Source: an uncultured Verrucomicrobiota bacterium
GTDB taxonomy: Bacteria; Verrucomicrobiota; Verrucomicrobiia; Limisphaerales; UBA1100
Length of the DNA: 43,602 nt
Direction: 5' to 3'
Assembly: GCA_964448875.1 (NCBI GenBank)
Contig: CAYUXV010000042.1
Coordinates: 1 to 43,602 of the forward strand
Below the pieces are notes generated by a model that was given only the letters and a program-made list of their open reading frames with translations, was not told where the DNA came from and ran no database searches. This document shows, one piece after another, positions 19,332 through 26,572 of this stretch; position 1 is the first letter of the stretch, and the number at the start of each line of letters is the position of its first letter. The position numbers were made by a program, and so were the translations under genes.

Positions 19332-20869
19332 ATGAAGTGCGCGAGCCGCCGCGCACGCTGTTTGGCATTCTGCGCACTCTTGGGCCCGGGCTCATACTCG
19401 CTGGTTCCATTGTGGGTTCAGGTGAGCTTATCGCTGCAACTCAAACTGGTGCCAAGGCGGGCTTCATGTTTTTAGGCCTAATTATCTTCGGCTGTGTTAT
19501 CAAGGTTTTTGTGCAGGTAGAGATTGCCCGTTTTTCAATATCCAGTGGCAAGACTTCTTTAGAAGCACTTAATGAGGTGCCGGGGCCAGGCATTCGCTTT
19601 CATTTGTGTGGGCGGCAAGTTTTTGCCAACTGGATAGTGTTATTCTGGATGGCAACCATGGTTGTTGGATTGGGTCAACTTGGGGGAATTGTCGGTGGTG
19701 TTGGGCAAGCCATGGCGATTTCTGTGCCTTTGACCTCAAAAGGAAAAGAATACAATCATGCAGCGGCTACAAAAGCACATGCACAAATCATTGAAAAGAA
19801 GATCAAAGCCATGCCAGTCGGTTCTCGAAAGCATTCTGACGCAATCGCAGAATTGCAAAGAAGTGAAAAGGAATTTGCAGATTATGATTTTAAGGCGCGG
19901 TCTCCTGATGACAAATATTGGGCGATCATTATTGCGGCCTTCACATCTTTTTTGCTGGTACGGGGAGGGTTTGGTTTCATTGAGGCTTTCTCTGCCGTTT
20001 TGGTAGGCTCGTTTACACTCGTTACAATCGGCAACCTTTTTGCACTTCAATCGCATAGTGCATGGACTATCCATGCTGCTAACCTTTACGAAGGGCTTGG
20101 TTTTTCTTTTCTTTCTTCGGGAGTAGATAATCTTGCGCTGGCTTTTGCTACATTTGGGATCATTGGGGTGGGAGCATCAGAAATTGTAGCATATCCCTAC
20201 TGGTGTCTTGAGAAGGGTTATGCACGCTGGACTGGGCCGCATGAGAGAACTGAAACATGGCTCCAACGTGCGCGCGGATGGATGCGAGTGCTGCAATGGG
20301 ATGCTTGGTCTTCCATGGTGGTTTACACATTCTGCACGGTAGTGTTTTATTTACTTGGTGCGGCGGTGCTTTGGCGGTTGGGGTTGATTCCTGAAAAACA
20401 GGATCTTATTCGTACCTTGTCAGCTATGTATCTTCCGGTTTTCGGCAGTTGGGCAAAAACAGTTTTTTTGCTTGGTGCGTTTGCTGTTTTGTTTTCAACG
20501 TTCTTTGTCTCAAATGCGGGAAAATCACGAATGTTCACTGACGTCACCGGTGTCACTGGGTTGTTAGAGCTTAATGACGTTCGCCGTGATAAAAGCGTAC
20601 GCCTTCTGGGAGGATTGTTGCCGCTCCTCTGCGTACTTGTTTATGTTGTTTGGCCTAATCCTGTCCGATTGATTATTTTTTCCGGCATGATGCAATCAAT
20701 GCTGCTTCCGATGCTCGGGTTTGGTGTTCTGTGGTTTCGTTATCGGTGCTTGGATTCGCGATTGGCCCCCGGACGAGTGTGGGATGTGTTCCTTTGGTTA
20801 TCCTTCATTAGTTTCGTTGCCATTGGTATATATTTAGCTTGGAACCGTCTAGATAAATTGCTGAGTTGA
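19328..20869 (+). CDS. Nramp-superfamily-like polytopic transporter, divergent subgroup (paralog 1)
   Basis: About 11-12 hydrophobic segments, with LGPGLILAGSIVGSGELIA and FGIIGVGASEIVAYPYWCLEKGY blocks. The ATG at 19328 overlaps the sulfatase stop as ATGA. Confidence 0.7.
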   Translation: MNEVREPPRTLFGILRTLGPGLILAGSIVGSGELIAATQTGAKAGFMFLGLIIFGCVIKVFVQVEIARFSISSGKTSLEALNEVPGPGIRFHLCGRQVFANWIVLFWMATMVVGLGQLGGIVGGVGQAMAISVPLTSKGKEYNHAAATKAHAQIIEKKIKAMPVGSRKHSDAIAELQRSEKEFADYDFKARSPDDKYWAIIIAAFTSFLLVRGGFGFIEAFSAVLVGSFTLVTIGNLFALQSHSAWTIHAANLYEGLGFSFLSSGVDNLALAFATFGIIGVGASEIVAYPYWCLEKGYARWTGPHERTETWLQRARGWMRVLQWDAWSSMVVYTFCTVVFYLLGAAVLWRLGLIPEKQDLIRTLSAMYLPVFGSWAKTVFLLGAFAVLFSTFFVSNAGKSRMFTDVTGVTGLLELNDVRRDKSVRLLGGLLPLLCVLVYVVWPNPVRLIIFSGMMQSMLLPMLGFGVLWFRYRCLDSRLAPGRVWDVFLWLSFISFVAIGIYLAWNRLDKLLS

Positions 20870-21120
20870 CCAATGATCTCTTTGTCTGCTCAATCTGCCA
20901 GCCTGTAACTGAAACCATGCAAAACGAAGTTGTTGGATTTACCGCTTATTCAGTTGAAGAAACATCTTCAGCTATAAATCGCTATGGGCGTCAGAATGAT
21001 ATGGAGCCGATTAGTGTGGCAATGATTCAGGAAGGTGAAGGCAGTGGCGCAACAATAAAAGCTATGGCTGTTTTCACGCCGGGTTATAGAGAGGATGAAT
21101 GCGTGGGAGACGAGACTTAG
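20866..21120 (+). CDS. small hypothetical protein (84 aa from TTG, or 67 aa from ATG at 20917)
   Basis: ORF directly abutting and overlapping the transporter stop (TTGA). No family recognised. Start codon uncertain. Confidence 0.3.
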   Translation: MTNDLFVCSICQPVTETMQNEVVGFTAYSVEETSSAINRYGRQNDMEPISVAMIQEGEGSGATIKAMAVFTPGYREDECVGDET

Positions 21121-21132
21121 CCTAGCCTGACG

Positions 21133-22356
21133 TTAAAATTTTTGGTTTAATTCGCTTGAGAGCGCAGATAGTTGAATTGTCATAGCCATTTTCAGTTGTT
21201 GGCCTAGTGACTTGTCTCGTGGCTCTACGTGGATTGCTTTCCCGATGTCGATCACCATCTTCCATGGACGATTGACCTGTATGCAGCTAAACACATCCTC
21301 CTCAAAGCCATCGAGTGTTTCCATAACACGCTCAATGCAGGGCTCTTCAGCAACGTAGTCCGGATTGTAGTTCGAAAGTTTCAACGCCCATGTGCAGTCC
21401 CCTAGTTGTGATCGCATTTGGTCTTGTTTGTGTTTGAGGGTGTTGCTTGTAACAGCGTGATTAAGAATCATAGTGCGCAACTGTTGAACACGCCTGTACA
21501 AATCTTTGGAATTCTCGGTGCATTCCCACTTTTTCTCCAGCGGCTTGAGCAAAGCTTCGATAAGCTCAGGCACACGTTCGTCTAGCGATCCGTCGAAAGC
21601 TTTGCCGTCAAGCTTTTGTTCTTGATATTTGATAATCCCTTCCCTGATTTGCTTCAGCCTCGCGACAAAATCCAGTGAGGTGTTGTCCGGCAGGCAGAGT
21701 TTCTTTTCTAAGAGTCTAAATTTTGGTGTGACTTCCTTTTCCAAGTCTCCGAGAAACTGGTATTTGATAATGACGGGATGGATTACGGTTGAGCCGTTCT
21801 GATTCTTGCTTCTCTGGCTGGCAGCACGGCGGGCGATTAATGTAACACCTTCTTGTAGGTTTCCGAGTTTGTCATTCGTGCGGGTGACATATCCCTCTGG
21901 GAAAATAATTAAAGGACGCGGAGCATTAGCAACTAAATCAATGGCCGTGCGTACGGATTGCCGATCATTGCCTTCACGCAGGATGCTAAATCCGCCTGCG
22001 CGCGGAATGATGAAATGCTGAAACCAACTTTCTAAGAGCACATGCCAGCCTGCCATGAAATGTAACGGCGTTTTGTTCTTTGTGGCGATAAAACCAATTC
22101 CTAATGAGTCGCTATCTCTAGAGTGATTAGGTGATAATACTATACCGTTTGCATCATTGATCGATGCTTTAAGAAGATCGCTACCGCGTACCTCCCATTG
22201 TTCAATACCGTATTTTCGGCTCATGTAGTAAGGTAGGCAACGTCGTAGCAGTGCGGGAATGAATCGGCCGAATCGTGGCGGTACGAAATGGTATTGTTTT
22301 CCTAAGGCTTCTAAGGAAAATCGATCCTGAACCTCGCGCTGGCCAAAGCCGAACAT
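21133..22356 (-). CDS. lysophospholipid/glycerol-phosphate acyltransferase family protein
   Basis: HX4D motif (NHSRDSD), GGFSILREG and IFPEGY blocks of the LPLAT superfamily, plus a roughly 200 aa C-terminal helical extension. Confidence 0.75.
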   Translation of the reverse strand: MFGFGQREVQDRFSLEALGKQYHFVPPRFGRFIPALLRRCLPYYMSRKYGIEQWEVRGSDLLKASINDANGIVLSPNHSRDSDSLGIGFIATKNKTPLHFMAGWHVLLESWFQHFIIPRAGGFSILREGNDRQSVRTAIDLVANAPRPLIIFPEGYVTRTNDKLGNLQEGVTLIARRAASQRSKNQNGSTVIHPVIIKYQFLGDLEKEVTPKFRLLEKKLCLPDNTSLDFVARLKQIREGIIKYQEQKLDGKAFDGSLDERVPELIEALLKPLEKKWECTENSKDLYRRVQQLRTMILNHAVTSNTLKHKQDQMRSQLGDCTWALKLSNYNPDYVAEEPCIERVMETLDGFEEDVFSCIQVNRPWKMVIDIGKAIHVEPRDKSLGQQLKMAMTIQLSALSSELNQKF

Positions 22357-22453
22357 GCGCGAAGTTAGGCAGACGTTATCTGTTTTCTCAACTGATTTTA
22401 AATCATCACTGAAGACCTTGAACGCTCAATCTAATTCCCGTACCGTGTTTTGA

Positions 22454-23968
22454 ATGTCCGCGGACAATATTCAACCCCAAGATGCTCCCAGGGATTGGCG
22501 CGGTATCATCAAACATCTTGGCCCGGGGCTGATTGTCACGGCGTGCATTGTGGGCTCTGGCGAATTGATCGCCACGCCGAAAGTTGGGGCGGATCACGGA
22601 TTTTCTCTGCTTTGGTTCATCATCATTGGCTGCATCATCAAAGTCTTCGTACAAGTCGAACTCGGTCGCGCGGCGGTGGTACATGGCAAGACAACTTTGC
22701 AGTTGATGAACGAGATGCCCGGGCCGCGGTTGGTAGTGTCTTGGTTAGTTTGGTGTTGGCTGTTCATGTTCGTGGCGGTTTTTTTCCAACTCGGCGGCAT
22801 TGTGGGTGGTGTAGCGCAGGTGTTTGGGGAGTTAAAATGGATTACGAAGGGTGGGGAGGGTTTCATGACACCCGACAAGTGGCTGGCGATCGGAGTGTCG
22901 GTGGCGACGGCAGCGATTCTGGCCTCGGGGAAATACCGCACAGTGGAGCGCTTCTCGGTGTGCATGGTGGTATTTTTTATGTTGTCCACTGTGTATGCGC
23001 TGGTGATGTTGCAGACTTCGACGGCGATGGAGGATTTCGCAATCACGGGTGATCAGATTCGCGAAGGGTTGCGGTTCGAGTTGCCAGCTGATTTCAGCAC
23101 GGCGTTTGCGGCGTTTGGTATCATCGGCGTGGGAGCGACGGAGCTGATTTATTATCCGTATTGGTGCCTTGAAAAGGGCTACTCGCGAAATGTAGGACCA
23201 ATGAAAGAGGATGCCAGCGGTCAATACGACTGCCCGGTATGCGGCGCGAAGAAGTCCTTTCTGGGTACGGTCTATACAGCGGGCTTCGCATGGATGCGTA
23301 AAGCCAGTTTGGCCCCGAAGTGCGGTCAATGTGGCAATCAGCTCGGCAACGCGGAGTTGCGTCCGAGTAGTTGGTCCCTGCGTGCGCAGGGTTGGCTGCG
23401 AGTGATGCGAATTGACGCGTGGATGTCGATGGTCATTTACACATCAGCGACGGTGGTGTTTTACCTGCTTGGAGCCGCGTTCCTGCGCGAAACGGGTTTG
23501 AGCGAAGAGGGAATGATCGTCGATCTGTCAAAAATGTTCGCACCATTAGGCACGGCTGGGTTTACGATTTTCCTCATTGGCGCGTTCGTGGTGCTTTTTT
23601 CCACGCTCGTTAGTGGCACCGCCTCTAACGCTCGCCTGCTCGCCGATGGCCTCGTGCTGTACAAAGTGAAAACGATTAAAGACGACTCGCAGTGGATGAA
23701 GTTGGTGCGCAAGTGTTGTATCGGCATTCCGCTGATTTGCGGAGCGCTGTATTGTGTGATGGGCTCACCGGTGACAATGGTGCTCATTGGAGGCGTGGCA
23801 CAGGCGCTAATGTTACCGTTTCTCGCTGCAGCAGCACTCTATTTTCGTTACCAGAAAACCGATCCACCACTCCAGCCCAGCAACGCGTGGACGGTGTTTC
23901 TGTGGATTTCCGCGCTAGCCATGGGCTCTGTGGGGCTCTACCAGCTCATTTCAAAGATTACAGGTTAA
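22454..23968 (+). CDS. Nramp-superfamily-like polytopic transporter (paralog 2) with zinc-ribbon loop insertion
   Basis: Clear paralog of 19328..20869 (LGPGLIVTACIVGSGELIA, IKVFVQVE, QLGGIVGGV, FGIIGVGATELIYYPYWCLEKGY, VVFYLLGAA). Carries an extra CPVCG-x26-CGQCG segment. Confidence 0.75.
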   Translation: MSADNIQPQDAPRDWRGIIKHLGPGLIVTACIVGSGELIATPKVGADHGFSLLWFIIIGCIIKVFVQVELGRAAVVHGKTTLQLMNEMPGPRLVVSWLVWCWLFMFVAVFFQLGGIVGGVAQVFGELKWITKGGEGFMTPDKWLAIGVSVATAAILASGKYRTVERFSVCMVVFFMLSTVYALVMLQTSTAMEDFAITGDQIREGLRFELPADFSTAFAAFGIIGVGATELIYYPYWCLEKGYSRNVGPMKEDASGQYDCPVCGAKKSFLGTVYTAGFAWMRKASLAPKCGQCGNQLGNAELRPSSWSLRAQGWLRVMRIDAWMSMVIYTSATVVFYLLGAAFLRETGLSEEGMIVDLSKMFAPLGTAGFTIFLIGAFVVLFSTLVSGTASNARLLADGLVLYKVKTIKDDSQWMKLVRKCCIGIPLICGALYCVMGSPVTMVLIGGVAQALMLPFLAAAALYFRYQKTDPPLQPSNAWTVFLWISALAMGSVGLYQLISKITG

Positions 23969-24025
23969 GATTCTATTTACTCGCCAAGTGGATGAGGTTG
24001 TCGCACGGTCTGAGGCAAATATTAA

Positions 24026-24841
24026 ATGAGCTTACCGACTGTCAAGTTGTCCGAGGGCATCCATGTGATGCACCTTTTTTATCGTATAGACCGAATGGTT
24101 TGGGATGAACTATTGCCAGAAGAACAAGGGAGTACACGTGAAAAGTTTGAGGAACTATGCAAAGCGAATAATAATCCATCGCATCCACTTTTGCGAACTT
24201 ATGCAAATGTCGGCGGAAAAGCTGAATTTGCCTGTTGTCTTTTTCATGAGGAACTCGGCGGTTTGACACAGATGCATCGTAATTTGGAGTCGTGTTTCCC
24301 TTCTGGAGTACTTGAAATTGTTTACAGTTATCTGAGTATCACTGAATTGACCGAGTATCAGCCGACGGAAGCGGACCTAAAGGCGCGCGCGCAGCGAGAA
24401 TTTAAGCTGGAAGAGGGCACACCCGAATACGATGCCAAAATTGCCGAGTTGACTGAGTGGAAGGCCGATTACGAAAAATTCCGCCTATATCCCGAGATGC
24501 CCGATTGGGAAATCATGTGTTTTTATCCGATGCTTAAAAAGAGGCAGGGGGAAGACAATTGGTATATGCTTGATTTTGATACACGTAAAAAATTAATGCG
24601 TACTCATGCAATCACGGGTCGAAAGTTTGCTGGTCGTATAAAACAGCTTATCACTGGTAGTGCTGGTTTGGATGACTGGGAATGGGGTGTTACTCTCATG
24701 GCCCAGCAACTCGATGCTATTAAGGATATCGTCTATGAGATGAGGCTTGATGAGGTAAGCGCAAGATATGCAGAGTTTGGTCCATTTTATATTAACATGA
24801 GATTAGAACCCCAAGCGCTTTTTGAGCATCTTAATTTATAG
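24026..24841 (+). CDS. chlorite dismutase family protein (HemQ / coproheme decarboxylase-like)
   Basis: Contains FYPMLKKRQGEDNWYML, MRTHAITGRKFAGRIKQLITGSAGLDDWEWGVTL and VYEMRLDEVSARYAEFGPF, which are signature blocks of the Cld/HemQ family. Confidence 0.8.
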   Translation: MSLPTVKLSEGIHVMHLFYRIDRMVWDELLPEEQGSTREKFEELCKANNNPSHPLLRTYANVGGKAEFACCLFHEELGGLTQMHRNLESCFPSGVLEIVYSYLSITELTEYQPTEADLKARAQREFKLEEGTPEYDAKIAELTEWKADYEKFRLYPEMPDWEIMCFYPMLKKRQGEDNWYMLDFDTRKKLMRTHAITGRKFAGRIKQLITGSAGLDDWEWGVTLMAQQLDAIKDIVYEMRLDEVSARYAEFGPFYINMRLEPQALFEHLNL

Positions 24842-24965
24842 CTCTTCTGTGTTCTATTAGCGCGCGTGTTTTTGTGATAATATTTCCGTGGGTACTTGAC
24901 ATCATTGTCAAGCGGCGTAAACAGGAGATGTGAAATGAGTAAACCAACCTTGACCACTTCTTCTC

Positions 24966-25280
24966 ATGACCAAACGCGAAATTGTCATCGATGTCTCCCA
25001 AGATCCAAACATCAAGTTAAATCAACAGGAAATCATGGATGTCCTTCAGGCATCTCTTGAATCTATAACCCGGGCACTGGCCCGTGGTGAAACCGTGGAG
25101 CTTCGAAACTTTGGGGTTTTTGAAGTCGTTATCAGAAAGTCTCGTATAGGGCGGAATCCACGTAATCCAGAGATAGATGTTCCCATTCCCGCAAAAGCTA
25201 TCGTTAAGTTTCGTTCTGGAAAGGAAATGCGAGACCAAGTTGGTAAACTTCCATCTTCAGATTTTGACGCAAACGCTTGA
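24966..25280 (+). CDS. HU/IHF family DNA-binding protein
   Basis: Contains MTKREIV and GETVELRNFGVFEVVIRKSRIGRNPRNPEIDVPIPAKAIVKFRSGKEM, the beta-arm with RNP motif. An in-frame stop at 24951-24953 prevents any N-terminal extension. Confidence 0.88.
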   Translation: MTKREIVIDVSQDPNIKLNQQEIMDVLQASLESITRALARGETVELRNFGVFEVVIRKSRIGRNPRNPEIDVPIPAKAIVKFRSGKEMRDQVGKLPSSDFDANA

Positions 25281-25312
25281 CCTTCAGGGGCGCCCACCTG
25301 TTTCCTCTCTAG

Positions 25313-26572
25313 ATGGATCGGTTGCCAGGCTTTCGTGACTTTTATCCCGAGCCTTTGCCCAAGGGCGAAGCTTGGAGCGCTAGTGCGCGCGAATATATTT
25401 TTAAACGCTGGCATAGGGTTGCCCGCCGTTATGCATTTCAGCTATATGACGGCCCACCGCTGGAGCCGCTAGATCTCTACACTGCCAAAAGTGGCGAAGA
25501 GATTATTGGGCAATTATATAATTTTGTCGACAAAGGCGAACGTGATGTATCCCTGCGTCCGGAAATGACACCCACCGTCGCGCGGATGATAGCGGCCCGT
25601 GAGCGTCATTACAAAAAACCTATAAAATGGTACTCTGTGCCGCAGCTTTTCCGGTATGAACGACAGCAGAAAGGGCGTTTGCGTGAGCACTTTCAATTTA
25701 ACGCTGACATATTTGGTGAAAATGATCCTGCTGCCGATGCGGAACTTATTGCGCTGCTAATTGATGTTTTGCGCGATTTTAACCTAACCACTGATGATTT
25801 TGTGATACGTCTCAGCAGCCGTAACGCTTGGCAGGAATTTTTTGACAGTAAATGTAACGATGAGTCGAAGGCTTACAATTTTTATCAGGCAGTAGACAAG
25901 CTTGAGCGCTCTAAACCTGAAGAGAGCGATGAAAAATTTAAGGCTCTTGGTTTCACTCTGGAGTCGATTCGAGCCTTTATAGATTCCGGTCAACCGACTG
26001 AAGAGCTTCAGCTGGTCATTGATAATCTTGCTGCTCGTGGTCTTGGGGATTACGTAAAAATTGACTACAACGTCATCCGGGGTCTGGCGTATTACAACGG
26101 CATTGTCTATGAGGCCTTTGATCGCCACGGTAAATTTCGGGCTATAGCCGGAGGGGGGCGATATGATCAGTTGGTGAACCTCGTTTCTGGCGGTAAAAAC
26201 GATGTTCCAGCAGCTGGCTTCGCCATGGGTGACGTTGTGCTTGCGGAATTACTCAAGGACCGTGGATTAATGCCTGAATTCAAGGGCGAGATTGATATTT
26301 ATGCGCTAATTATAGATGAATTATTGCGTGATTCTACGATTGCGCTCACCCAAACTCTCCGAGAAGAGGGTTGGAATGTGGATTTTGCAATTGTCCCTTT
26401 AAAACAGGATAAACAGTTCAAGCGCGCTCTTGAATGTGGGGTAAAGTATACTGTGCGGATGGAAGATCAGGGTACAGTTACGGTTAAGGATTTAAAAACC
26501 AGGCACGAACAAACCCTTTCGATTGGCGAGGTCGGAGCTTTCCTTCTTGAATCTTCTTTAAAACAGTCATGA
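25313..26572 (+). CDS. hisS: histidine--tRNA ligase
   Basis: Class II motifs LRPEMTPTVARM, FRYERQQKGRLREHFQFNADIFG and GGGRYD, plus a C-terminal anticodon-binding domain. Confidence 0.9.
   Translation: MDRLPGFRDFYPEPLPKGEAWSASAREYIFKRWHRVARRYAFQLYDGPPLEPLDLYTAKSGEEIIGQLYNFVDKGERDVSLRPEMTPTVARMIAARERHYKKPIKWYSVPQLFRYERQQKGRLREHFQFNADIFGENDPAADAELIALLIDVLRDFNLTTDDFVIRLSSRNAWQEFFDSKCNDESKAYNFYQAVDKLERSKPEESDEKFKALGFTLESIRAFIDSGQPTEELQLVIDNLAARGLGDYVKIDYNVIRGLAYYNGIVYEAFDRHGKFRAIAGGGRYDQLVNLVSGGKNDVPAAGFAMGDVVLAELLKDRGLMPEFKGEIDIYALIIDELLRDSTIALTQTLREEGWNVDFAIVPLKQDKQFKRALECGVKYTVRMEDQGTVTVKDLKTRHEQTLSIGEVGAFLLESSLKQS

Noticed and set aside
22406-22684. 92-aa minus-strand ORF overlapping the 5' end of paralog 2
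   Set aside because: It is antisense to a well-supported transporter N-terminus and is highly charged and low-complexity. It would also leave no promoter space.
22450-23329. Long alternative-frame and antisense ORFs inside Nramp-like paralog 2 (200, 150 and 165 aa), and the idea that this gene is a GC-rich horizontally acquired island
   Set aside because: The alternative frames have Gly/Arg/His-rich nonsense composition. I counted several 60-nt lines of this gene at roughly 48-68% GC, against 35-48% in neighbouring genes. However, proB (one line at 70%) and the symporter gene (one line at 72%) are equally GC-rich, so the compositional contrast is not specific evidence of transfer.
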